From: a virus
Taxonomy: Duplodnaviria; Caudoviricetes
DNA: 64,000 nt
Reading direction: 5' to 3' (one strand)
IMG/VR virus record: IMGVR_UViG_3300028832_000117
Location: 34,312-98,311 of that record
The notes below the pieces were generated by a model. That model saw nothing but the letters and a program-made list of their open reading frames with translations. It searched no databases and was not told the origin of the DNA. Of this stretch, positions 51,461 to 60,219 are shown piece by piece (within the stretch, counting starts at the first letter, position 1; every line of letters begins with the position of its first letter). Both the position numbers and the translations under genes were made by a program.

Positions 51461-51486
51461 TCCGGAGGACCCTGCGGTCCTCCGGA
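51461..51486. other. 11-bp hairpin after the capsid gene
   Basis: TCCGGAGGACC-CTGC-GGTCCTCCGGA. Confidence 0.7.
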
Positions 51487-51498
51487 AACCCTGGTCGC

Positions 51499-53625
51499 TT
51501 AGCCAACCGTGACGGTGGCACCCACGAGGTCGGCGGCGATCACCGCGTCGGACGTGCCGGTGCCGGTTCCGGAGACGGAGGTCACCTGCGCGAACTTCGT
51601 GGTGTTGCTCTTCGACTCGAACACCGTCGCGACGACGGTCGGAGCCGTGCCGGACGTACCCTTCTTCATCGTGATCTGCGTACCGATAGGAGCGATGAGG
51701 CCCTCGGTGAGATACACGGTGAGAGCGGAACCGACAACCGGATCGGTGGACACGCTGGAGACGGTGGACGTCTCGGCGGACGCGGTCGGGTTGATGCGGG
51801 CGTTCTCGGCGGGGCAGAGGCTCGGGAGCGGCTGCGTGCAGCGACGGTACAGGAACGACAGCGAGTCGAACACGTGCACGTCGGGCTTTGGCACGATCTC
51901 GAAGACGCCCTTGAAGTTGCCGATGCGGTTATCGGGGTTCTCGGGGGTCTGGATGTTGTACCACTTCCACTGGCCGTTGACGCCGGTCTTGGGACCGAAG
52001 AACGTACCGTGGCCGATATTCGCGTTGTAGTCGGGCACGAACAGGTTGGTGAAGACCTTGTTCATGAACACGACGGCGATCGCGAGCTCGGCGGTGTCGT
52101 AGTCGGGGTTCGGACCGGGGACGGCAGAGCCGTTGATTCCGTTGCGGACCTTGACTTCCGGCGGGACGTACTCGGCGATGTAGACCTTCTTGTCCTTGAG
52201 CTCCTTGTAGCCGACGTAGCCGTAGTGGGCCGCCTCGGTGTCGGTGTAGGACGTGATCATCCTCTTCAGCTTGAAGCGGAGCTGGTCCTGGTCGTCGGTG
52301 ATGACCCAGCGGCGGAAGGTCGTGGGCGCGAAGCCGTAGTGCTGTATGAGAGCCTGCGGGTTCGCCTCGATCCAGTACTTCCTCTCCTCCTCGTTGCCGC
52401 GGATGTACTTCTCGACGTCGTCCTGCGAGACGCACAGCGCGAACATGAGTTCGGAGCCGATGCGGCCGACGGCGGCGTCGGGATAGCGGCGCTTGAGCTG
52501 GTTGCGCTCGAGCTCGAGGCGGTCGAAGTTGAGGGGCTCGATGTCACCCTCGGCGTCGATCACGATGAACGGCTTGTCGACGTACGCGGTGTTCGCCACC
52601 ATGGCGCTGCCACCGGTCTGGTCCGCGGGCTTCGGGACGGCGGGGTCGGCTGTGCCGGCCGCGTTGTTGAAGCGGCAGAACGGATCGTAGATGTAGCGGC
52701 GCGAGTGGGCTCCGGTGTACTCCGAAGTCATCACGAACGAGCGGCCTGCGCGAACCGTGGTGTCGATGTACTTGTCGCGGTTCCAGATGTTCTGGATCGC
52801 GGTGCCGAACTTGACGCCGGTCTCGAGGATCCAGCCGAGCTGCTCCGCGGCCTTCGGGATGAAGCGAAGGATGTCGATGCAGATCGGGTCGGAGCCCCAC
52901 GCCGTGCGCTTGCCGGACCACGCCAGGGTCTCCCACGCGTAGTCGTAGGTCTTGAACGGAAGCGGGGCGCATGCGTCACGCTCGGTAGGATCGGGCGCGA
53001 GGTCCTCCCAGTCGGAGAGGCCGGCGTACACGCTGAGGCCGCCACGATAGATGCGGGTCTCGTGCACGGTGCCGTTCTCGAGCTGGAACGCGCCGCGCGG
53101 AATGCGGTTGAGCCACCAGTGGGGCATCTCGGCTTCGAGCTTCTGCATGAAGGGATCGAAGGCCTGTGCCATCGTCATGAACATCTGGTTGTACTTGAAG
53201 ACGTCGCCTTGCGAACCGGTCGCGGTCATGCTGGCGTTGCGCGGATCGTAGGGGTTGATCCAGGTCTGCGCGCCGTAGCGGCGGCTGCGCGAGGCGGAGC
53301 CCCAGGGATCGTACACGTTCAGCTTGAGCGAGTCCTTCAGGTTCTGCGAGCCGAGATCGAAGTCCGCGCCCGTATGACCGAGGCCCGTCTGGAAGTCGAA
53401 ACCGGACGTGGACGTGACCGGTGCGGCGTCGCCGACGCGGGAGACGTTCGTCTGGTACGAAGCGTACATCGAATTGTGGGGAGTCACGCCGGTGGCGTCA
53501 CCGTTCGTGCCCCTGAGCTGATAGCCAGCGCCCGTCGTGGGGTTGGCCGCGGTACCGTCGTTCGGGGTGAAGGCGACGTTGGACGCGCCTGCGCCGAGTT
53601 CCGGTGTTCCTATGTCAAATGCCAT
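51499..53625 (-). CDS. Major capsid protein (with N- and C-terminal extensions)
   Basis: Follows the scaffold; own promoter, AAGGAGG RBS, strong codon bias, downstream hairpin. Confidence 0.7.
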   Translation of the reverse strand: MAFDIGTPELGAGASNVAFTPNDGTAANPTTGAGYQLRGTNGDATGVTPHNSMYASYQTNVSRVGDAAPVTSTSGFDFQTGLGHTGADFDLGSQNLKDSLKLNVYDPWGSASRSRRYGAQTWINPYDPRNASMTATGSQGDVFKYNQMFMTMAQAFDPFMQKLEAEMPHWWLNRIPRGAFQLENGTVHETRIYRGGLSVYAGLSDWEDLAPDPTERDACAPLPFKTYDYAWETLAWSGKRTAWGSDPICIDILRFIPKAAEQLGWILETGVKFGTAIQNIWNRDKYIDTTVRAGRSFVMTSEYTGAHSRRYIYDPFCRFNNAAGTADPAVPKPADQTGGSAMVANTAYVDKPFIVIDAEGDIEPLNFDRLELERNQLKRRYPDAAVGRIGSELMFALCVSQDDVEKYIRGNEEERKYWIEANPQALIQHYGFAPTTFRRWVITDDQDQLRFKLKRMITSYTDTEAAHYGYVGYKELKDKKVYIAEYVPPEVKVRNGINGSAVPGPNPDYDTAELAIAVVFMNKVFTNLFVPDYNANIGHGTFFGPKTGVNGQWKWYNIQTPENPDNRIGNFKGVFEIVPKPDVHVFDSLSFLYRRCTQPLPSLCPAENARINPTASAETSTVSSVSTDPVVGSALTVYLTEGLIAPIGTQITMKKGTSGTAPTVVATVFESKSNTTKFAQVTSVSGTGTGTSDAVIAADLVGATVTVG

Positions 53626-53772
53626 TTGTTGTCCTCCTTAGACTTGTTGGCGTTCTTGTGCTTTATGCCAAATCGGCACCATGCCATCTGGCCGCCAGGC
53701 TGGGGTTGACCCGGAAGTACTCCCAAGAAGCGCCGCAGACAGGAGGGCGGCAGTTTTTCTCTGTCCGAGCAT

Positions 53773-53802
53773 ATTATAGCACAAACCCCTTGCGAAATGC
53801 AA
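53773..53802 (-). promoter_or_regulatory. Capsid gene promoter, overlapped by a 9-bp hairpin (53785-53807)
   Basis: TTGCAT-18 bp-TATAAT; ACCCCTTGC-5 nt-GCAAGGGGT. Confidence 0.8.
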
Positions 53803-53833
53803 GGGGTCCGGGAGAAATTTTTTCTCAGGTCCG

Positions 53834-55264
53834 TCAGACGACGGGCAGGTTCCTCTGTCCGCGCATGTTGTCCATGAGCTGCTGCGCGAACGACTGCGCC
53901 GAAGAGCCGACGTCCGCGAACGACCAGCCGTTCTGCTGGATGGACGGCGCCTGCTGCGGCTGCGGCTGCGGCGGAGGCGTAACGACGCCCGGCTGCAGGT
54001 TCGGCTGCGGCATGCGCATCGCGGAGATAGGCGGTGCGTCGACGCGCGTCCTCGCGTAGAGCATCTGCTTGAGCTGCAGGTTCTCGCGGAACACGTTGTC
54101 CACCATCTCGTATGTCTTCGGGGCCATGAAGCCCTCGAACATCGCGGCCATCTTCTGGTCCTCGGGGGCCTGCTGCACCCACGCGCGGAACTGCTGCTCC
54201 TTCGCGTCGCGGTCGGCGACGAACGCGGGGTCGGTCACCTGGAACGAGGGCGGAAGCCCCTTCTCCGGCGGGAGGCCCTTGATGAGGCTGATGGCGCTGT
54301 CCGCGAGCTGCGAAACACGCTGCGCGTCGATGACGGCGCTTCCGCGCGCGGCGACGGCGGCGAGGCCCTCGGCGGACTGCTTCCACTCCTCGAGCGCCTG
54401 CGTGCGCGCGCCCCACAGCTTGTCGGCGGCGGTCGCCTTCACCATGATCTGGCCCTGGACATACGTCGGAAGGTTCGTGATCCTCTCGGGAACCGTCTGC
54501 GGGTCGGACGTTATGATCTCCTTCGCCAGCTCGATGGCTTCGTTCTGCTGCATGCCGTTGGCGAGGAGAAGCTGCGTCACCTCGTCGGTCGCGGCGCGGA
54601 TCGGCGCGTCGTACTTCTCCTGGAACTCCGGCGAGCGGGCGAGGTCCATGCGGCCTATCTCGTCCTGCAGCTTGCGGATCTGCTCGTCCTTAGCGTTGAG
54701 CTGCGTCGCGAACTCGGCCTTCTCACCCTGGAACTTCCTAGTGTCCTCGACGAGACGGTTGTACTTGTTGCGGAAGTCGTCGGCCATGTGACGCATCTGT
54801 CCGTAGCCGGAGCGCATCGCCGCGAACGCCGCGTTGGGTATCTGCTGTCCGTCCTGCGTCTGAGGGATCTGCGGCTCCGGCGGAAGGTCCGGGAGCGGCG
54901 TCAGGTCCAGCTGCGGCTGCGACCCCGCGGGCGCATAGCGCTGCGTGAAGTCCAGCGGCGCCGGCGGGGGCGGGGGAGCCACGACCGGCGACTGCGGCAC
55001 GAGCGGAGCCGGGGGCTGCACCGGAGGCTGCACCGGAGGTGCCGCCACGACTGGCGGCTGCACCGGAGGCGGCTGCACGGGCATCGCCGGCTGGGGTTCG
55101 GGCTGCGGCACGATGGGCGGCATGCCCGGATGCGCGGCGGCCGTGTTCGGCGCGGGAGGCGGCGTCTCGCCGCTCAGCAGCTGCGCCATGAAGGCCGTGG
55201 CCGCGTTGGCTGGAGCGACCGCCGGCTCGGCGGTCGCGTGGTCTGCGTTTATGGTCTCTGCCAT
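53834..55264 (-). CDS. Capsid scaffolding protein (putative)
   Basis: Pro/Gln-rich N-terminus plus coiled coil, between portal and capsid. Confidence 0.65.
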   Translation of the reverse strand: MAETINADHATAEPAVAPANAATAFMAQLLSGETPPPAPNTAAAHPGMPPIVPQPEPQPAMPVQPPPVQPPVVAAPPVQPPVQPPAPLVPQSPVVAPPPPPAPLDFTQRYAPAGSQPQLDLTPLPDLPPEPQIPQTQDGQQIPNAAFAAMRSGYGQMRHMADDFRNKYNRLVEDTRKFQGEKAEFATQLNAKDEQIRKLQDEIGRMDLARSPEFQEKYDAPIRAATDEVTQLLLANGMQQNEAIELAKEIITSDPQTVPERITNLPTYVQGQIMVKATAADKLWGARTQALEEWKQSAEGLAAVAARGSAVIDAQRVSQLADSAISLIKGLPPEKGLPPSFQVTDPAFVADRDAKEQQFRAWVQQAPEDQKMAAMFEGFMAPKTYEMVDNVFRENLQLKQMLYARTRVDAPPISAMRMPQPNLQPGVVTPPPQPQPQQAPSIQQNGWSFADVGSSAQSFAQQLMDNMRGQRNLPVV

Positions 55265-55279
55265 GTCAGGTAATCTCCT

Positions 55280-55648
55280 TTAAGCTATGTCCTGCGGTTC
55301 GTCGAACGTCTCGACGGGGTCGACGGGCTGCTCGGCCTTCATGCCGAACATCCCCGGCAGCACGAGCGCCGGGTCGTCCATCAGGTCGGCCGCGAGCGAA
55401 AGCCCGAGCGTGAGGCCGTACTGCACGGCCACGTCCTGCGTCTGCAGGCTGGGCATCGCCGGATGGCTGGTCGCAAGGTCGCGCAGGGCGCGTATCACCT
55501 TGACCGTGATGGGGAGGGTCCTCCACTCGTAGTGCGCGGCGCCGAGCTCCGGACGCGAGAAGAACCTCCTGAAGTCCTCGAGCCCGCCGAGGCCGAACGC
55601 TCCGACGCGTCCGGCCGCGGCGACCCTCGTCTGCACGGGAGTCGGCAT
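55280..55648 (-). CDS. Hypothetical head-module protein
   Basis: Operon packing. Confidence 0.6.
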   Translation of the reverse strand: MPTPVQTRVAAAGRVGAFGLGGLEDFRRFFSRPELGAAHYEWRTLPITVKVIRALRDLATSHPAMPSLQTQDVAVQYGLTLGLSLAADLMDDPALVLPGMFGMKAEQPVDPVETFDEPQDIA

Positions 55649-55651
55649 GTC

Positions 55652-55960
55652 TTACGCCTTGTTGGCCAGACGACGGGCGATGATCGCCTTCGCGAGCTCG
55701 TGCTTCGCGATCTCGGCCCTGTTGGCCGCGATCTGCGCCTCGAGCGCCGCGACGGCCTGCTGGAGCTGTGCGATCTGGATGTCGCAGAGAAGGCTCTGTA
55801 TCTTGGCCTTCTTGTTCTCCTCGGGGCCGATGGGCTCCTCCAGCATCTTGGCGAACTCCTCGCGGAGCTCCTCCATCGTGGGCTGCTTCTCCTCCGCCGG
55901 CGCGGTCTCCTGGCCTGGTCCGCCGACGATCTTCATCTCGGGTGTATTGGTCTCTTCCAT
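55652..55960 (-). CDS. Small coiled-coil protein
   Basis: RBS AAGGAG before ATG 55960. Confidence 0.65.
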   Translation of the reverse strand: MEETNTPEMKIVGGPGQETAPAEEKQPTMEELREEFAKMLEEPIGPEENKKAKIQSLLCDIQIAQLQQAVAALEAQIAANRAEIAKHELAKAIIARRLANKA

Positions 55961-55985
55961 ATTCGGGCTCTCCTTCCGAACGCCT

Positions 55986-58556
55986 CTACAGGCTGGTGTA
56001 GTCAAGCGGTCCTTCCTGCGCTATCTCTCCGGGCCGGACCGAACCAAACCCGGTAGCGTCCTGTACGGAGTTCATGCGGGCGACGGCGTTCGCCGCGTTC
56101 ACACGCGCTCCTGCAAGCTTCTCCTCTCGGTCTATCTGCGCGGCGGCCTGTGCGTCGCGGCGCGCCTCCTCGTTCTGGGCGCGGCCGGCGTCGAGCCTGT
56201 CGCGCTGCGCCATGCGGCCCGCCTCGACCTCGGCCTTGTAGCGCGCGACCTCGTGCTCGCGGTCGATGCGGTAGCGGTCGGTCTCGGCCTTCTTGTCCGC
56301 CTCGATCTGCGCGACGCGCGCCTTCTCCTCGGCGAGCTGGTCGATGCGCTTCTCCTCGTCGCGCTGCGCCTGCTCGCGCTGCGCCTGCTCGACGCGCTCC
56401 TGCGTGGCGACCGCGAGGTTGAGGGCCTTGATCGTGGGCCTCAGGTCGCGGAGCATCTTCTCGACCTCCTTCGCCCTCGCCTTCATGTTGACCTGAACTC
56501 CGCCGACGGACAGGTGCTCCTGGACGTGCTGCGAACAGGTGACGAGGATGCCGAGGATCTTCTTGGGCTCCTCCTGGAGGTTCTGCAGGGTCTGCTCGCC
56601 GATCTGCAACGACGCGTTCGGATCGCCGTTCCACTCGTTGAGGTCCGGCGTGCTGTCCTCGGGCGCCTGCACCATGTCGGCGATCTCCTGCAGGAGCTGG
56701 GCATGCACGGGGATGTGCGACCAGTGCCACTGGTCCTGGCCCATCATCGGCTTGAAGCCGAGCTTCATGAGGTTGTTCTCGTCCACGGCCTTCGACGCCT
56801 GGTCGCTCGGCAGCTTGTCGCGCGACGTCTCGGGGATGATGCGGTCGGCCTCCTTGAGGCCGAAGCGCAGGATGGCGCGCTTGCGCGCGATCTCCCTGCG
56901 GCCCGCCTCGTCGATCTCGCCGCCGTAGATCTGGTGGAACGCGTCAAGCTCCGCGGCCATGCCGTCGGCGCCGAGCGCGAGCTCGCGCGACGCGCCTATC
57001 GTGAAGAGCTGGGGTATCGCGACGAGGTGCTCGAGCGTCACCTGCCTCATCGCGCAGCGCTCGATGAAGGACTGGATCTCCGGATAGTCGACGCGCATGA
57101 ACTCCGGAAGGAGCGCGAGGTTCAGTATGCGGATGAAAGCCTGGCGGCAGATGCGGTCGATCGCGAACTTGCGCTTCGCATAGTCCGCCTCGGTGCGCCT
57201 CGTGCGCATGCCGCGCTCCTGCTCCTCCTCCTTCTTGGTCTTGGACTGCGTCGCGCCCTCGAACATCCGCTGGACGGATGAGGTGGACGGGGGAGGCATG
57301 CCGATCGTCGCGGCCTTGCCGGACTGGTCGAGGAGCTGTAGGACGCCGGCGAGCTGCTGCATGTTGGCGCCCGCCTGCGCGTTGGACGGCTGCACGCCCG
57401 GAGGGAGGAGCGTGTACGGCCCCTCCTCCTGCAGGGTGAGCTGCTGGTTCTGCACCGTGCCGTTCTGCTGCGTGAGGACAAGCGAGAGCGATCGTATCGC
57501 GGAGTCCACGGCCGAGCACATGATGCGGTTCTTTGCGCGCTCGGTGAAGTAGATGCGCGACGCGACGCCGCGCGCCTCGCGGGCGTACTTGACGCTCACG
57601 GTCGCGGGGAGCCACAGGAAGCAGTCGTCCATCGTCCTGTAGGCGTTCTGCTTGTAGAAGAGGAAATCCTTGACCTCGCCGTTCGCGGGGAGGACGATGT
57701 GCGTCACGCCGCGCGGCCACGCGACCTCGCGTACGAACGCGTGTATGACGTGGAGGTTCTCGAACTGGCGGTCCTCGGCGACGATGTTGCGGCGCCTCTC
57801 GGAGAGCGCGGCCTCGAGCGCGGACGTCCCGGTCGAGCCGTTGAGCGTCGAGCCGTAGCGCGTGTCCGCGCCATCACGGAACACGGACTTGAACCACCTG
57901 TCCACGACGGGGAGCCTCCAGCCCGCGGCCGCGGACAGCTCGCCGTTGTCGCGTATCGACTGGAGGTAGTCGGCGGAGATGACGGACTCGAACATGATGA
58001 GCTCGTTCTGCGACGAGACGATCGGCGCGTCCTCGAGGAAGCGGATCTGCCCGCGCTCCAGGGCGACGGGATTGTAGTCGAGCGGCGACGGCCACACGAC
58101 CGGACCGAGCCCGTAGAGATCGGACTCCTGCGTCATCATGGACATCGCGGGTATGAAGCGGCCGCTGTCGCGCAGGAGCGTCGATACCTCGGACGCGACT
58201 ATCTCGCCGATGCGCTCGGCTTCGGGGCCGGCGAGCTCGCGCGCTATGGGTTTCAATTCAATAAGGTCGACGGTGTCCGTCTGCAGGGAGACGACCGCAT
58301 CCGCCCTGGACGAGATCTCGTTCCAGAGTCCGCCGAAATTGACGTTGGTGAGGTGCTTGACGGCGCGGGCCTCGAGGTCCGCCGTCCTGTACGGCTTGTT
58401 GCCGTCGTACAGCTGGCGGATGCGGGCGCGGCGCTTCGCCTCCTCCATGTCGTCCTCGGTCAACTTCTGGTAGACGGCGTAGAGCGCCGCCGGGTTGAGA
58501 AAGCGGTTCTTGGCGGGCGCGCCGCTCGGCTCCGCATACTTGTATCCCTCAAACAT
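55986..58556 (-). CDS. Portal protein (putative)
   Basis: ~856 aa; first large head gene; long C-terminal coiled coil as in podovirus portals; RBS GGAGG. Confidence 0.7.
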   Translation of the reverse strand: MFEGYKYAEPSGAPAKNRFLNPAALYAVYQKLTEDDMEEAKRRARIRQLYDGNKPYRTADLEARAVKHLTNVNFGGLWNEISSRADAVVSLQTDTVDLIELKPIARELAGPEAERIGEIVASEVSTLLRDSGRFIPAMSMMTQESDLYGLGPVVWPSPLDYNPVALERGQIRFLEDAPIVSSQNELIMFESVISADYLQSIRDNGELSAAAGWRLPVVDRWFKSVFRDGADTRYGSTLNGSTGTSALEAALSERRRNIVAEDRQFENLHVIHAFVREVAWPRGVTHIVLPANGEVKDFLFYKQNAYRTMDDCFLWLPATVSVKYAREARGVASRIYFTERAKNRIMCSAVDSAIRSLSLVLTQQNGTVQNQQLTLQEEGPYTLLPPGVQPSNAQAGANMQQLAGVLQLLDQSGKAATIGMPPPSTSSVQRMFEGATQSKTKKEEEQERGMRTRRTEADYAKRKFAIDRICRQAFIRILNLALLPEFMRVDYPEIQSFIERCAMRQVTLEHLVAIPQLFTIGASRELALGADGMAAELDAFHQIYGGEIDEAGRREIARKRAILRFGLKEADRIIPETSRDKLPSDQASKAVDENNLMKLGFKPMMGQDQWHWSHIPVHAQLLQEIADMVQAPEDSTPDLNEWNGDPNASLQIGEQTLQNLQEEPKKILGILVTCSQHVQEHLSVGGVQVNMKARAKEVEKMLRDLRPTIKALNLAVATQERVEQAQREQAQRDEEKRIDQLAEEKARVAQIEADKKAETDRYRIDREHEVARYKAEVEAGRMAQRDRLDAGRAQNEEARRDAQAAAQIDREEKLAGARVNAANAVARMNSVQDATGFGSVRPGEIAQEGPLDYTSL

Positions 58557-59115
58557 CGCTGCGTCTCCTCCAGCATTCCGCGGGCGCGTCCGGCCACGGC
58601 TCGCCCGGATGGTCAACCGAGCACACCACGGCCTCGTACGCCTTCGCGCATCCGCAGACGCCCGAAAACCTGTCCGCCGGAAGGAGGGGGCGCCTACCGC
58701 CTCCCATCAGCTGCTCTATCTTGGCGAACGCGCCGGTGCACGTAAGGCACCAGTTGCGCTCGTGCTTCGGACACGAGGAGCAGATCCCCATCCGGCGCTG
58801 TATGACGTCGAAGGGGACCATCGGAAGCTTCGCGTACTGCGCGCAGCCGGCGAGCGCCTCCTTGGGGGTCACGTGGCTCACGGGCCTTACGTCGCCCATG
58901 CAGAAGAACGCGGCCTGCCGCCCGAGCCTCGGGCACATGTACTCGGCGAGCGCGATCTCCGGGTCCGCCGAGATGTTGTGCTTCATGAGGAGCCTGCGGA
59001 CCTTGGGCATTATCTCCGGGGCCGTGCGCGCCGACACCTTGTCGTCCCCGATGGCGAACTCGAATCCGCCTTCGGGTGTCGGCATCATGTCGACGCTGGC
59101 CCGGAACATGGTCAT
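58549..59115 (-). CDS. Cys-rich protein
   Basis: RMGICSSCP...CLTC...CGC...CW. Confidence 0.65.
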   Translation of the reverse strand: MTMFRASVDMMPTPEGGFEFAIGDDKVSARTAPEIMPKVRRLLMKHNISADPEIALAEYMCPRLGRQAAFFCMGDVRPVSHVTPKEALAGCAQYAKLPMVPFDVIQRRMGICSSCPKHERNWCLTCTGAFAKIEQLMGGGRRPLLPADRFSGVCGCAKAYEAVVCSVDHPGEPWPDAPAECWRRRSDV

Positions 59116-59681
59116 GCCTTCTTCGTCCCTTTCCTGACGTTCATCGAGACGGTCGTCCTGGCCTGTTTAGGGAGGACGTCCTTGTGCTGCTGCAGCACGT
59201 CCGCCGCGATCTTCACGGACTCGTCGGTCGGCTCGGTCGCCTCCTCGCGGCGCGGCTTCGCCGGCGTCATGTCCGGCGGCACGGCCTCGACACGGTCGTT
59301 CGACGGGACGTAGTCCGTCTTGCCGTTGCGGGACGTCGCGAGCCTCAGGAACTCGTCGCGGGTGTAGAACAGCCGCGGGTCGAACCCGCCCGTAAAATAG
59401 CACCCTTCGCGGTCCGACGCGGCGGCGAGCATCTTTCCGGTGTACGCGCACGTTATCGGAAGCCCCGTCTTCACACCCTCGATGCCGTTCTCGCGGTTCC
59501 ATTTGCGGTACGCGGTCTCGGCGGTCGGGAACGGTTGCGAAGGAGCATATGCCTCTGGAGCATGGAACTTCGGAGGCTGGCCGGGGACGATGAGCATGCG
59601 CACCTCAAGCGGTTTCCCTGTGTAGGGACACTTGAGGGACTTGAACTCGTCCGCGGTGCAAATGACGTCGATCGGAGTCAT
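59112..59681 (-). CDS. Hypothetical protein with two CxYTGK repeats
   Basis: CPYTGK and CAYTGK. Confidence 0.65.
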   Translation of the reverse strand: MTPIDVICTADEFKSLKCPYTGKPLEVRMLIVPGQPPKFHAPEAYAPSQPFPTAETAYRKWNRENGIEGVKTGLPITCAYTGKMLAAASDREGCYFTGGFDPRLFYTRDEFLRLATSRNGKTDYVPSNDRVEAVPPDMTPAKPRREEATEPTDESVKIAADVLQQHKDVLPKQARTTVSMNVRKGTKKA

Positions 59682-59689
59682 ACAAAAGG

Positions 59690-60130
59690 TTACCACATGA
59701 TGGTGTCGCTGGAACGCAGAGATTCGAACACTTCCGCCGACCCTACGATCCAATCCGATGAAAGGATGTGACGCATAAGCCCGTTATTGACAGGGACATA
59801 CTTTCCGTCAACCGCTTCGCTACCGCCCGAGGAAGACGCATAAGCATCATTGACTGCCGCCATGTCCAGAGTATAGGAACCTGTCCCCGTGGTGTTGAGA
59901 CCAGGTGAACCGTCTCCTGGTATGAACCTGACTTTGAACGGATACTCCTTGCGAGAGTCACCTTCGACGTCGGTCTGAACCACACCGGTCACGTCGCAGA
60001 CAATGTAGCCTTTCATCGTAGTCGTCTTCGCCGCATTGCGCGACGCCGGGATCACTGCCGCCGGAGTGGACGCCGTCGAATCCCACGTAATGGAAGACGC
60101 CCATTGCTGAAACACGGATTCTAGAGTCAT
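59690..60130 (-). CDS. Hypothetical protein
   Basis: RBS AGGAGG; downstream of a promoter. Confidence 0.65.
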   Translation of the reverse strand: MTLESVFQQWASSITWDSTASTPAAVIPASRNAAKTTTMKGYIVCDVTGVVQTDVEGDSRKEYPFKVRFIPGDGSPGLNTTGTGSYTLDMAAVNDAYASSSGGSEAVDGKYVPVNNGLMRHILSSDWIVGSAEVFESLRSSDTIMW

Positions 60131-60163
60131 GTATTCCTCCTGTTGTTTTGCTTGACGATGTGT

Positions 60164-60193
60164 ATTATAGCATACTCCAGCCGCTCTTGACAA
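60164..60193 (-). promoter_or_regulatory. Sigma70-like promoter of the head operon
   Basis: TTGTCA-18 bp-TATAAT, TATGC before the -10. Confidence 0.75.
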
Positions 60194-60219
60194 GTAGCTA
60201 CATCAGATACAAACCCCTG

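Noticed and set aside
54960-55120. Short tandem DNA repeats (GGCTGCACCGGA)
   Set aside because: Encode the PPVQ low-complexity linker of the scaffold; not an array
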